This document shows positions 9,134 to 18,649 of a stretch of 35,700 nucleotides of DNA, piece after piece. The position numbers and the translations under genes are program-made. Position 1 is the stretch's first letter. Each line of letters opens with the position of its first letter. The stretch comes from a virus. Lineage: Duplodnaviria; Caudoviricetes. The notes below the pieces were generated by a model. The model was not told the DNA's origin. It did not search any database and was given only the letters and a program-made list of their open reading frames with translations. The DNA is taken from IMG/VR virus record IMGVR_UViG_3300012940_001316, positions 1 through 35,700 of that record; one strand, given 5' to 3'.

Positions 9134-11306
9134 CAAAAAGCAAACGGTCGGCTATCGCTACTACCTCGGCATGCATCTGGCCATCTGCCACGGACCCGTG
9201 GATGCCGTCACCGAGATCCAGGTCGGCGAACGCCAGGCCTGGAGCGGCAATCTCGCCGCCAGCGGACGCATCAACCTCGCTGCGCCGGAGCTCTTCGGGG
9301 GCGAGAAGCGCGAAGGCGGCGTGTCGGGCGCGGTCGACGTCGCCTTCGGCGGGGCGACACAAACGGCCAACGACTACCTGCAAGCCAAGGTCGGCACTCC
9401 GCAACCGGCCTATCGCGGCATCCTCGGGCTGATCCTGCGCCAGGTCTACATCGCCGCCAACAACCCCTACATCAAGCCCTGGGCAATACGGGTCAAGCGC
9501 TGTTTCCGCGACTGGTACCCGACCAAGGCCGAGATCAACGGGGCGGCCAACCCGGCGCACATCCTCTACGAATGCCTCACCAACGCCGCTTGGGGCATGG
9601 GTTACCCGAGCGCCAGCATCGACGACGCCAGCTTCCGGGCGGCGGCGGACACGCTTGCCGCCGAAGGCTTCGGCCTGAACCTGATCTGGTTGCAGCAGAG
9701 CAAGATCGAGCAGTTCGTCCGCGAAGTGCTCGATCACATCGGCGGCGTGCTGACCACCTCGCCGTCGACGGGGCGCTTCGTGCTGAAGCTCGTGCGCGCC
9801 GACTACGCGGTGGCGAATCTCCCGGTACTCGATCCGACCAACGTGATCGAGCTGGAGAGTTTCCAGCGCGCCGCCTGGGGCGAGACCACCAACGAGCTGG
9901 TGCTGGTCTACACCAAGCCGGACACCTTCAAGGACACCAGCATCACCGTGCAGGACCTGGCCAACATCCAGACCCAGGGCGCGGTGGTGTCGCAGACGCG
10001 GCGCTACCCCGGCATTACCTCGGACAGCCTTGCCGCGCGGGTGGCCCTGCGGGATCTCGCGGCGGTATCCACGCCGCTCGCCAAGGTCCGCTTGAAGGTC
10101 AACCGCAAAGCCTGGAATCTGTACCCGGCCGATGTGTTCAAGCTGGTCTGGCCGCCGCTCGGCATCGAAGGACTCGTGATGCGCATCGCCGCCATCGACG
10201 GCGGCACGCTGACCCAAGGCGCGATCAGCATCGACGCGGTCGAAGATGTGTTCGGGCTGCCGGCGGCGAGCTACACCGCCCCGCAACCGCCCGGCTGGGT
10301 CGATCCGGTGCCGGCGCCGTCGGCCGCCAATCCGCGCCGCCTGACCGAAGCACCGTACTGGGACATCGCTCGCACCATGAGCGCCTCCGAGCTCGCCTAT
10401 CTGGACACCACCGACTGCTTCCTGCAAACCCTCGGCGGCCGTCCGGCGCCCGGCGCGATCAACTACGAGATCCACAGCAAGACCAGCTCGGCCTCGACCT
10501 ACAACGAGCGCAGCCAGGGCGAGTTCGCACCCCACGCCGTACTCGCGTCCGACATCGGTCAGGCGGTCACCAGCACGCTGACCTATCACAGCGAGGTGGA
10601 CATCGATCTGGTCGCCGTGGGCAGCTACGCCTACCTCAATGACGAGGCGGTTGCGATCACGGCGATCAACGCCAGCGCCAAGACCCTGACCGTGAACCGT
10701 GGCGTGCTCGACACCGTGCCCGTTGCACATGCCGCCGGCAGCAGGATCTGGTTCGCGGACGGCTTCCAGGGCATCGACCCCACCGAGTACGCGGTCGGGG
10801 AAACCATCAACGTGCGGCTGCTCACCGTCACCGGCAAGGGCACCCTGGCGCTGGCCTCGGCCCCGACCGACTCGCTGGCGATGAATCGCCGCCAGAATCG
10901 CCCCTACCCGCCCGGCAATCTGAAGATCAACGGCGCGGCCTATCCCTCGGTGGTCAAGGGCGACCTCGCGATCAGCTGGTCGCACCGCGACCGCCTGAGC
11001 CAGACGGTGAGCCTCACCGCGCAGAACGCCGGCAACATCGGCCCCGAGTCCGGGGTGACCTACACGCTGCGGATCTATGGCGAGTCGGGGAGCCTGCGCC
11101 GCACCTACAGCGGGCTGACCGGCACGAGCCAGACCTACACCCTGGCCAATGACGAGGCCGACTCCGGGCTCGGTCGCCCCAACGCGCTGCTGCGCATCGA
11201 GCTCGAGGCGAACCGCTCGGGCGTGACGAGCCTGCAGAAACACTCGGTGAGCTTCGAGCGCGCCGGCTATGGACTTCACTACGACAAGTACTACGGAGGC
11301 ATCTGA
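9123..11306 (+). CDS. Central tail tip/host specificity protein (gpJ-like), 727 aa
   Basis: 'GYRYYLGMHLAICHGPVD', 'PAYRG', 'ANPAHILYECLTN..WGMG'; C-terminal 'RPYPPGNLKING' region. Confidence 0.85.
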   Translation: MGSSKKQTVGYRYYLGMHLAICHGPVDAVTEIQVGERQAWSGNLAASGRINLAAPELFGGEKREGGVSGAVDVAFGGATQTANDYLQAKVGTPQPAYRGILGLILRQVYIAANNPYIKPWAIRVKRCFRDWYPTKAEINGAANPAHILYECLTNAAWGMGYPSASIDDASFRAAADTLAAEGFGLNLIWLQQSKIEQFVREVLDHIGGVLTTSPSTGRFVLKLVRADYAVANLPVLDPTNVIELESFQRAAWGETTNELVLVYTKPDTFKDTSITVQDLANIQTQGAVVSQTRRYPGITSDSLAARVALRDLAAVSTPLAKVRLKVNRKAWNLYPADVFKLVWPPLGIEGLVMRIAAIDGGTLTQGAISIDAVEDVFGLPAASYTAPQPPGWVDPVPAPSAANPRRLTEAPYWDIARTMSASELAYLDTTDCFLQTLGGRPAPGAINYEIHSKTSSASTYNERSQGEFAPHAVLASDIGQAVTSTLTYHSEVDIDLVAVGSYAYLNDEAVAITAINASAKTLTVNRGVLDTVPVAHAAGSRIWFADGFQGIDPTEYAVGETINVRLLTVTGKGTLALASAPTDSLAMNRRQNRPYPPGNLKINGAAYPSVVKGDLAISWSHRDRLSQTVSLTAQNAGNIGPESGVTYTLRIYGESGSLRRTYSGLTGTSQTYTLANDEADSGLGRPNALLRIELEANRSGVTSLQKHSVSFERAGYGLHYDKYYGGI

Positions 11307-11659
11307 TGCCCGCAAGCCTTGATCCCAACCTCGGCCTCAACTACGGCTGGAGCACCGGCGAATCCGGCTGGGCCGCCGGCATGGACGCCAACCTCAAGCG
11401 CCTCGGCGCGGTCGTGGGTCTGTCCGTGAAAGACCGCGATCTCGCCACGCCCCCGGCCAGCCCTGCCAACGGCGACCGCTACATCGTGCCGGCCGCAGCC
11501 ACCGGCGTCTGGTCCGGCAAGACCGACCAGATCGCCGCGCGCATCGCGGGCGCTTGGGAATACCACGTCCCAAAGATCGGCTGGACCTGCTTCATCGAGG
11601 ACGAGGACGTGCTCGCCGTCTACAAGCCCACCGGCTGGAGCGCCGGCCTGCCCATCTGA
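11306..11659 (+). CDS. DUF2793-type tail-associated protein, 117 aa
   Basis: 'DRDLATPPASPANGDRYIVPAAATGVWSG..IA..GAWEYHVPKIGW' matches the DUF2793 pattern. Confidence 0.8.
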   Translation: MPASLDPNLGLNYGWSTGESGWAAGMDANLKRLGAVVGLSVKDRDLATPPASPANGDRYIVPAAATGVWSGKTDQIAARIAGAWEYHVPKIGWTCFIEDEDVLAVYKPTGWSAGLPI

Positions 11660-11684
11660 ACCGCATCCCCACCCCACCGTCCCG

Positions 11685-11713
11685 AACCCGCCCGTGAGGC
11701 GGGTTTTTCGTTT
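11685..11713 (+). terminator. Intrinsic terminator between tail and lysis genes
   Basis: AACCCGCC-cgtga-GGCGGGTT followed by TTTCGTTT. Confidence 0.8.
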
Positions 11714-11726
11714 CTGGAGACCGTCG

Positions 11727-12026
11727 ATGACCATCGATGCCAAACCCGCCCTCGTCGAGAACATGGTCCTGCTGCGCCGCGAGGACTTCGAGGAACTGCT
11801 CGACTGCGCCGCCGAACGCGGCGCCGAGCGCTGCCTCGCCCAGCTGGGTCTGGAGAACGGCAGCGCCGCCCGCGACATCCGCGAACTCCGCGACCTGCTC
11901 GACGCTTGGCGCGACGCCCGCCGCACCGCCTGGCAGACCTTCGTGAAGGTGCTGACCACGGGCCTGCTGGCCGCGCTCCTGGTCGGCGCCGCGATCAAGT
12001 TCAAGCTCATGGGAGGCGCGCAATGA
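11727..12026 (+). CDS. Membrane protein, DUF6127-like (putative holin/antiholin), 99 aa
   Basis: GGAGA RBS, ATG 11727; one C-terminal hydrophobic helix; first gene of the lysis block. Confidence 0.65.
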   Translation: MTIDAKPALVENMVLLRREDFEELLDCAAERGAERCLAQLGLENGSAARDIRELRDLLDAWRDARRTAWQTFVKVLTTGLLAALLVGAAIKFKLMGGAQ

Positions 12027-12499
12027 TCGAGACGCTGCTCGGAGGACTGCTCGGCGGGGCCTTCCGCCTGGCACCCGAAGTCCTGAAGTGGCTCGACCGC
12101 AAGGGCGAGCGCGGCCACGAGCTGGCCATGCAGGACAAGGCGCTGGAGTTCGAGAAGCTGCGCGGCGCCACCCGCATGGCTGAGATCAACGCCGCAGCCG
12201 ATGCGGCCTGGAACAGCGGCGCCGTCGAGGCCTTGCGCGAGGCCGTCACCGCCCAGGGACGGCATTCCCGCGCCAAATGGGCCGATGCACTGTCCATTAG
12301 CGTGCGGCCGGTGATCACCTACTGGTTCATGGCGCTCTACTGCGCGGCCAAGACCGCCGCCTTCGTCGGCGCCGTCGATGCAGGCGTCGATTGGATGCCG
12401 GCCGTGCAGGCCGCCTGGACGGAGGCGGACCAGGCGCTATGGGCCGGCGTGCTGAACTTCTGGTTCCTCGGCCGCGTGTTCGATCGGGTGCGCCCGTGA
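12023..12499 (+). CDS. Putative holin-like membrane protein, 158 aa
   Basis: ATGA overlap; 'MIETLLGGLLGG', 'SVRPVITY', C-terminal 'FWFLGR' as in three-TM holin-like proteins. Confidence 0.65.
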   Translation: MIETLLGGLLGGAFRLAPEVLKWLDRKGERGHELAMQDKALEFEKLRGATRMAEINAAADAAWNSGAVEALREAVTAQGRHSRAKWADALSISVRPVITYWFMALYCAAKTAAFVGAVDAGVDWMPAVQAAWTEADQALWAGVLNFWFLGRVFDRVRP

Positions 12500-12954
12500 T
12501 CGAAGTCCCGTCGGCCGCGATCGACCTGGCCAAGCGCTTCGAGGGCTTCCATCGTGTTCCCAAGCACGATCCGCAGCGTCTCGCGCACCCTTACATCTGC
12601 CCGGCAGGGTATTGGACCATCGGCTACGGTCACCTTTGCAAGCCCGACCATCCGCCGATCACGGAGGACGAGGGCGAGATCTATCTGGCCCAGGATCTGC
12701 GAACCGCGCTCGCCGCCACACTGCGCTACTGTCCGGTACTGGCGACCGAGCCGGAGGGCCGGCTCGCAGCTATCGTGGATTTCACGTTCAACCTCGGCGC
12801 GGGGCGGCTGCAGACCTCGACGCTGCGGCGGCGCGTCAACCAGCGCGACTGGTCAAGCGCAGTCAACGAGCTGCGGCGGTGGGTGTATGGCGGCGGTAAA
12901 GTCCTACCAGGGCTGGTAGCGCGACGCGAGGCGGAAAGCGCTCTCCTCGGATAA
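12496..12954 (+). CDS. Endolysin, GH24 (T4-like) lysozyme, 152 aa
   Basis: GTGA overlap; 'FEG..PYICPAGYWTIGYGH', 'DFTFNLGAG..STL', 'RWVYGGGKVLPGLVARREAE'. Confidence 0.93.
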   Translation: MIEVPSAAIDLAKRFEGFHRVPKHDPQRLAHPYICPAGYWTIGYGHLCKPDHPPITEDEGEIYLAQDLRTALAATLRYCPVLATEPEGRLAAIVDFTFNLGAGRLQTSTLRRRVNQRDWSSAVNELRRWVYGGGKVLPGLVARREAESALLG

Positions 12955-12968
12955 CCACGTCCTGATCA

Positions 12969-15050
12969 TCAGGCACGGAAGATGTCGACCTTTGTCTCGA
13001 GGCACTTGCGCATGCTCAAATCGTTGGCGCCGACCTCGAACCAGCTACCGGGCTTCTGATAGAAATCCAGGCCGCGGCCAATCTTGATGACCCAGCCGTT
13101 GTCCAGCCTGATTTCCCGGTCATGCATGTTGGGATTGAGCTTCACTTCGAGCTCAACGTCCAGCTCCAGAAGGCTCTGCTTCAATTCGTCCAGCTTTTCC
13201 GCAATGTCGGCAAGCTGCGTGTTGTCGTCGTAACCGGTGAAAAGGGTGATTTTTCTGACGGTGCCCGCCTTCACGACTGTTTCGCAAAAGCGGACGAAAT
13301 TCTGAATCTGGTGCTGGAGTCGAATGTACGGGTCTTCGATGATCACCGTCTTTGCGCCACGCAGGTACGGCCCCATGATCGACTCGTAGCTGTATCCGGT
13401 ATCGCCATACAGTATCGTGAAATGCTGCTCTTTGAGTTCTTCCACCGTCTCGGGCGGGCTCATCGTAGTATCAGCAGGCACAACCGGCGGTTCCGCTGGA
13501 GTGACTGGAAGCGGCGCCGTCTGAGCCCCTCGATCAAGTGAGACGTCCTCCTGATGAAGCTGTCGCCGTGCGGGCCGCTGCGTTGCCGTCGCGTCCTTTG
13601 ACTCCGGACAGAACACCACCACCTCGTCTCCACTGCCCTTGAAGTAGGAAAGATTGATCAGCGCAAACTCATCATCCGGTTTGCGCTTGTTCATCTGCTC
13701 TTTCACGCGCCGACGGCATTCCACAGCGTAGGCGACGTACTCTTCAAACTCGTCGTCAGATGGCTGGCCATTCGGGTGCAGGATCTTCAGGAAGGCGCAA
13801 ACCGTCTTCTTGATGCCTTTTTCGTCACGACCCTCGATGGCCTTGCCCAGCTTGATCCGCTTGCTCACCTCCTCGTACCGGTTGGTGTGCTGGAACTGAT
13901 AGTGGAAGGCCTCGGCAAGGTAGTCGGTGATGAAGCCATAGTGGCTCGTCAAGAACTCGCTGCTGTTTTTCGGCATCTCCCACCCTGGGATATAAGCCGC
14001 GAAGCGGTCCATCACCGCCAGGTCGAGTTCGGGCGGGAGCGGCTGGAACAGGTCATGCTGATCCGAGTTCACGACCTGTTGCACGGAAAGATCTATGTTG
14101 CCGACAAAGCTCAGGCTGGCATCGGCGATCACTTCGGCACCGCGTGAAAAACGCCCGTTGGCCATGAAGTCCTTCATGATCTGGATGGTGTCCGGATCGC
14201 GAACTTTGATTCCCCCCACCTCGTCGAACGCCACCACATCCCAATAACCCACCAGTCCGACCTTGCGGCGGGCGTTGTTGTAGAAGAGGGTGGCCTTGGT
14301 CGCCTGGCCGCCTGAAATCAGCGTGGCATAAGGCGAGAACTCGCTGAAGAAATAGGACTTACCGGTTCCACGCGGCCCGAGTTCGATGTAGTTGTAGTTC
14401 GGTTCCACCAATGCAGCCAGCCGGGCGATGAAGTGCAGCTTCACCCGATGGGAGAGTTTGACTGGCTCAAGTCCCACCGACCGCAGCACAGCATCAAGCC
14501 ACTCGTTCCGGCCAAATGCATTGCGCCCCTCGACGTAGCGCTCAAAGTCGAAGCGGGAGAGCTGGATCGGCCGCAGGTCCTCGATGTAGAACGCGTAGTC
14601 GTCCTCTTCGATATCGTTGTGGGAGATGGTGACCTCGGCCCAAATCCCCCCTTCTAGCAGACGATCGTTATCGCGGTAGAATTTCTCGCTGATGGCGATG
14701 CGTTGCGAGTTGAAGTTCTCAAGTGAGGCCCAGTGGCGTTTCTCCTTCTCGACATAGCGGACATGCACCTTATCGATGAAGCGATGCTTGCCCTTGGTCG
14801 CCACCCGTGACTGCGCAGCATTGGCCTCGTCGGGGCGAACGTAGTTGTCCTGCAGTGTGGCCAGCACTGCCTCCATGCCCGCATCCATCTCCGCCTGGTC
14901 ATCACTGGCGCAGAACCGCGCCAGGAGAAATTCCAGGACGAAGGTCGGCACGTTTGTTCCCTTCTTGATCCGGTGTAGCAAGTCCTTTCGGACCACCTTG
15001 CCGTCGAAGGCGGCCATCAGCTTCTTGTCGAGTTCGTCCAGCTCGTTCAT
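12969..15050 (-). CDS. brxL: BrxL-family AAA+ ATPase with C-terminal MIT_C/PLD-like domain, 693 aa
   Basis: 'NVPTFVLEFLL', Walker A 'ELGPRGTGKS', Walker B 'VAFDEV', 'IMKDFMANGRFSRG'; C-terminal 'IEDPYIR..HDREIRLDNGWVIKIGRGLD'. Confidence 0.88.
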   Translation of the reverse strand: MNELDELDKKLMAAFDGKVVRKDLLHRIKKGTNVPTFVLEFLLARFCASDDQAEMDAGMEAVLATLQDNYVRPDEANAAQSRVATKGKHRFIDKVHVRYVEKEKRHWASLENFNSQRIAISEKFYRDNDRLLEGGIWAEVTISHNDIEEDDYAFYIEDLRPIQLSRFDFERYVEGRNAFGRNEWLDAVLRSVGLEPVKLSHRVKLHFIARLAALVEPNYNYIELGPRGTGKSYFFSEFSPYATLISGGQATKATLFYNNARRKVGLVGYWDVVAFDEVGGIKVRDPDTIQIMKDFMANGRFSRGAEVIADASLSFVGNIDLSVQQVVNSDQHDLFQPLPPELDLAVMDRFAAYIPGWEMPKNSSEFLTSHYGFITDYLAEAFHYQFQHTNRYEEVSKRIKLGKAIEGRDEKGIKKTVCAFLKILHPNGQPSDDEFEEYVAYAVECRRRVKEQMNKRKPDDEFALINLSYFKGSGDEVVVFCPESKDATATQRPARRQLHQEDVSLDRGAQTAPLPVTPAEPPVVPADTTMSPPETVEELKEQHFTILYGDTGYSYESIMGPYLRGAKTVIIEDPYIRLQHQIQNFVRFCETVVKAGTVRKITLFTGYDDNTQLADIAEKLDELKQSLLELDVELEVKLNPNMHDREIRLDNGWVIKIGRGLDFYQKPGSWFEVGANDLSMRKCLETKVDIFRA

Positions 15051-17575
15051 ACCGTGTAGTCCGTTTCCAGATTGAGCGCGCAGTAGCTGGCCAGCGTCGT
15101 CGGATTGAGCGCCTTCACGCTGAATTTGCCTTCGAAGTCCGGGTCCATGCGTAGCGCAATCTGCTTGCGCTGCCCGGGCATCAGGCTCAGGGTGCGCGTA
15201 GCCGGGTTCACCTCGCCGCCGGGTCGTGGCTCTCCAACCACATTACCCTTGCTGTCCTGGGCCTCAAGAAGAATCTCCACACTCATCCCCTGCGAGAACA
15301 TATCGTCAGAGACCAGTATCACTTCGATGACGGGGACTCGCGTAGTAATTCGTTTCGCCCCGTTCTTGTAGGACAGCTCGATTGCCACCTTCGCCATCTT
15401 GGGTTGCTCGGCGGCATCGAGTCTGGCGAGCAGTACCGGCACTACAGCTTCAGTCAGTGATGCGCCGCCGTGGAAATACTGATGTCCTGCGCGGTACGGC
15501 GCCATGCTCCGCGGCAGCGCGGCTTGCGCGAAATCACCCCGTATCCCGAGCTTTTCGGATGCCACCACCAGGCTATGGCCGTCGCCCGCACCGTCGCCCA
15601 GCATCATGCGGTCATGGGCATTGAAGGGCCACGCACCGCTTGGCTTCTTGCAGACATCGCCGGCCTCGGCCTGGGCATTCAAGAAGAAGCCATGGTCGGT
15701 CGCGATCACGGCCTCCTTGAAGCCCATCCCGCGCAGCTTATGCAGTGCGACGCGAATCAGTTTCAGGATTCCAGGAATCAGGCCAAGCGTGGATTCCGGG
15801 TTGTTTTCCAACTGGCTGTCGATCTCCGTGGAGCGCAGCACCAGCAAATCGACCGTCTCCGCGACCTTCGGCTTGCCGCGCACGAAGTCGTTGAGCTGCA
15901 TCTCCGCGAATCGGTCGCCGAAACGCTTCCGAAACGCATCCATGCGCTGGACCACTGTGCCCACTGGCACACCGGCCAGCTTGGGCAGCAGCGCTTCCTT
16001 CTCCAGGGCAAGACTGAGCTCCGCGCGTGCACCCGGAAGGAGGCTTGCCATCCCCACGATCGTGATGGAGGGTAACTGGGCGTAGGCCGCTTGAAGCTCC
16101 ACCGGCCCGTCCTCCGACAGCATCTTCTCCAGCGCCACCCCCAGCTCGTAGCGCAGCGCATCGACCATCAGATAGGCGACCTTCCGGCCTTTTTCCTTCA
16201 GGCGGTCGGCGACCAGGCGATCGAATACATCGGCGTTCGCCAGCCGGCCGGCGGGGGGCCAACCGGAGGTTTCGAGATGCTTCACAAACAGGCCCTGCAC
16301 CCGCTCTGTAAGCCTTCGATAACGTGCGCGGGCCTGCTGGACTACCTCGTTCATGAGGCCGTGCGGATCGAGAAAGTCTCCCACCGCCTGCTCGAACTCT
16401 CGTTGCAACCGGTCGGCCTCGCGCAGGCTCCCTAGATAGAAGTCCAGCAACTCGGCCTGCGAGCGTGAGTAATCTGGCAACTGCCGCTCGAAGTCCTCGC
16501 ACGCCTCCACCAATGCCAGGCCCGAGCGCACCAGATCCCACTGAGCCTGGCTCTCCCCTTTTCCGCGCCACACCGACCCTTTGTGGCTCGCGAGGATTTC
16601 ACGGGTCGTGTCGGTTTCGCCGGTGCTGATGCCCTTGATGGCAGCACGAAGAAACGTGCGCTCTTCGAACGGGAAGGTGTCGCGTTCGCCCAGGTCGTCA
16701 ATGGCCTGGCACGCCTGCGCCAGGTTCAGCTCGGACTCGATGGCTTCGGCCCGCTCGATGTATACGGCGCGCGTCTTGGGCCCGTTGCGGAGCTGGTCGC
16801 ACACGTCCTCGACTACTGGCTTCGCCTCGATCGGCGCATGCGGCACATCCTGGAGCGATTCGGGAAGCGGTTCAGGCAGGTCGAACACGAACTCGCTGAA
16901 CAGCACGTAGCGCCAAAGCTCGTCGGCTACCGACATCCATGTCTTGCCGCGCGTCTTGAGCGACAGGCCAAGCGAAGCGCGCAAGAAGTCGCGCGCCTCC
17001 TGCACCCAACCCTCCTGGCCCTTCAGCGCATCGAGCTGGGATTCGGTCGGCGCCAGCAAAGCGGCGAGAATCTCACGCGCCGAATCGGCCTTGAGCGTGG
17101 CACGCAACTGCGGCCAACTGACCCCGCCGCCAATCGCGTCGATCACGGCAAACGAGGGCGCGCCCTCACTTGCCGAGAAGACGCGGCGAATTTCCGTGTG
17201 GTGATCCGGCTTCGCCTTCAGGCAAAGGCTCAAGTACTCGTCGCCATCGTCCTGCGGGAAGATTGACCCGCACGCGGCGAATGGGGAGAACGGATCGATC
17301 TGCCTTTGCTCGTCGGTCTCAGGCCGTTTGCTTGGCACATAGATCAGCACGCCCTGCAGCTTGGAGCTGGGCTGGCCCACCGTGCGCAATGCGGCAAGGG
17401 CCGCCTCCCGGCTTTCGATGCTGCTCTCGGAAGCGTCGACCACCTGGGTCTTCCCGTCTTTCAGATCCAGGCATAGGTCCTTGTACCGTCCCTGGGCGTC
17501 ATACACGACCAGGCAGCCCGCGGCGGCAAGACGGGGCCGCAGGACCTCCTCACGAATGAAATCGGCGATGGCCAT
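15047..17575 (-). CDS. pglZ: PglZ-domain alkaline-phosphatase-superfamily protein, 842 aa
   Basis: 'MVDALRYELG', 'LPSITIVGMASLLPG', 'IATDHGF', 'YFHGGASLTEAVVPV'; start re-called at ATG 17575 (MAIADF...). Confidence 0.92.
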   Translation of the reverse strand: MAIADFIREEVLRPRLAAAGCLVVYDAQGRYKDLCLDLKDGKTQVVDASESSIESREAALAALRTVGQPSSKLQGVLIYVPSKRPETDEQRQIDPFSPFAACGSIFPQDDGDEYLSLCLKAKPDHHTEIRRVFSASEGAPSFAVIDAIGGGVSWPQLRATLKADSAREILAALLAPTESQLDALKGQEGWVQEARDFLRASLGLSLKTRGKTWMSVADELWRYVLFSEFVFDLPEPLPESLQDVPHAPIEAKPVVEDVCDQLRNGPKTRAVYIERAEAIESELNLAQACQAIDDLGERDTFPFEERTFLRAAIKGISTGETDTTREILASHKGSVWRGKGESQAQWDLVRSGLALVEACEDFERQLPDYSRSQAELLDFYLGSLREADRLQREFEQAVGDFLDPHGLMNEVVQQARARYRRLTERVQGLFVKHLETSGWPPAGRLANADVFDRLVADRLKEKGRKVAYLMVDALRYELGVALEKMLSEDGPVELQAAYAQLPSITIVGMASLLPGARAELSLALEKEALLPKLAGVPVGTVVQRMDAFRKRFGDRFAEMQLNDFVRGKPKVAETVDLLVLRSTEIDSQLENNPESTLGLIPGILKLIRVALHKLRGMGFKEAVIATDHGFFLNAQAEAGDVCKKPSGAWPFNAHDRMMLGDGAGDGHSLVVASEKLGIRGDFAQAALPRSMAPYRAGHQYFHGGASLTEAVVPVLLARLDAAEQPKMAKVAIELSYKNGAKRITTRVPVIEVILVSDDMFSQGMSVEILLEAQDSKGNVVGEPRPGGEVNPATRTLSLMPGQRKQIALRMDPDFEGKFSVKALNPTTLASYCALNLETDYTV

Positions 17576-17600
17576 TATCCAGTTTCCCCTTGGCGAGCTG

Positions 17601-18035
17601 TCATAAATGAATAATCTCCAGGTCACCCCAGCGTGACCGCAAGTACTCGGCCACCAGCCGACGATGGCAATGCTCTGGGGTCGGCTCGCTGCAAAGCAGG
17701 CACCCGCCATCAATGAGGTCCTTGGGAACCTTTTCCTCGATTCTTCTTCGAGCCATCAATTCGATGAACTTCCGCTCGTAGGCTGACCAGTCCCCCCCGT
17801 TTTTCTTGTACTCGTCAAGAATCTCCTTGGTCGGGGCCAGGTCGGGACGGTGGACGTAATCAATGCCGTTGATCTCGCGCAGGAAGAACCGAAGATCATC
17901 CTTTTTCGTGAAGCCCGCGAGCTGAGACACGTTGTTGAGCCGCGCGTCGACCAGCCTGACCAAGCCGGGTTGCTTGAGGCGCGTGAAGAACTGCTCGGCG
18001 TTCTTCTTGGTGAAACCGATGGTAAATACCTTCAT
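17601..18035 (-). CDS. DUF488-family protein B, 144 aa
   Basis: 'VFTIGFTKK', 'LVDARLNNVSQLAGF', 'CLLCSEPTPEHCHRRLVAE'. Confidence 0.85.
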   Translation of the reverse strand: MKVFTIGFTKKNAEQFFTRLKQPGLVRLVDARLNNVSQLAGFTKKDDLRFFLREINGIDYVHRPDLAPTKEILDEYKKNGGDWSAYERKFIELMARRRIEEKVPKDLIDGGCLLCSEPTPEHCHRRLVAEYLRSRWGDLEIIHL

Positions 18036-18649
18036 CCCGGCCTCCTGTCGCCGATCTCTTCCTGCAACATTGCCTCGTCTTCATAAGCGATTTGTTCGCC
18101 CCGGATGCGGTAGGCTTCGACGAGAATCTCTCCCCGGCTTCTGAACATGTCCGCATCAGAAATTTTCAGCAGATCGAGCATGCGGGCTTCCATTTCTGCA
18201 TGCTTCTCCAGGTGGCCATCCGCGTGGATGTGCTCAACGGGGGTGCCGGACTCATAAACCCGACGCGCGACCAGCACGGCCCGATGGCAATCCAAGGGGT
18301 CCTTCTCGGCGCACATCAAGGCGATGCGGAACCGCTCCATACCCGTGCGCAAACGTTCCAACCCAACGGCAAATTGCGGCTCCTTGGCCAGGAGCTCGTA
18401 CTGCACCTTGCCCTGGCGGTAACAGGCCGGGTTTTCGCTCCTGGCTCCCAGCTCCTTGCCGAGGAATACGTAGGCGATCTGCTCTCTGGCAAGTGCAGCC
18501 CTCAACGCTTCCTGGGAATACTGCGGAAAGTGTCGGCTGTAGGGGTGCGAGCGCACATCCGCCAGCGCCGTGATGCCGTGCTGCTTGAGCAGCCCGACAA
18601 ACACCTCAATCGGGTGAGTGGAGTGTCCGACGGTGAAAAGCACACTCAT
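18032..18649 (-). CDS. DUF488-family protein A, 205 aa
   Basis: 'LFTVGHSTH', 'ADVRSHPYSR', 'LMCAEKDPLDCHR'. Confidence 0.88.
   Translation of the reverse strand: MSVLFTVGHSTHPIEVFVGLLKQHGITALADVRSHPYSRHFPQYSQEALRAALAREQIAYVFLGKELGARSENPACYRQGKVQYELLAKEPQFAVGLERLRTGMERFRIALMCAEKDPLDCHRAVLVARRVYESGTPVEHIHADGHLEKHAEMEARMLDLLKISDADMFRSRGEILVEAYRIRGEQIAYEDEAMLQEEIGDRRPG

Larger units (their letters stand above)
1..12954 (+). mobile_element. Prophage late region (siphovirus-type tail and lysis modules), truncated at the left window edge
   Basis: Contiguous co-oriented genes with abutting or overlapping starts/stops in the order tube, chaperone, tape measure, tail tip, holins, lysozyme. No sheath gene seen. 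Confidence 0.95.

Noticed and set aside
9021-11315. 764 aa minus-strand ORF, and similar long antisense ORFs such as 292-1638, 25783-26880 and 26932-27966
   Set aside because: They mirror well-supported genes on the other strand, have no recognisable motifs, and are expected in GC-rich DNA.
4375-11659. Diversity-generating retroelement or invertible tail-fibre cassette
   Set aside because: No reverse transcriptase, invertase or template/variable repeat pair seen in the window.
12959-12973. GTCCTGATCA also present at 31741, plus palindrome CCTGAT-C-ATCAGG, as possible island boundary repeats
   Set aside because: Only 10 bp, and the second copy lies inside the WYL coding sequence; compatible with chance.
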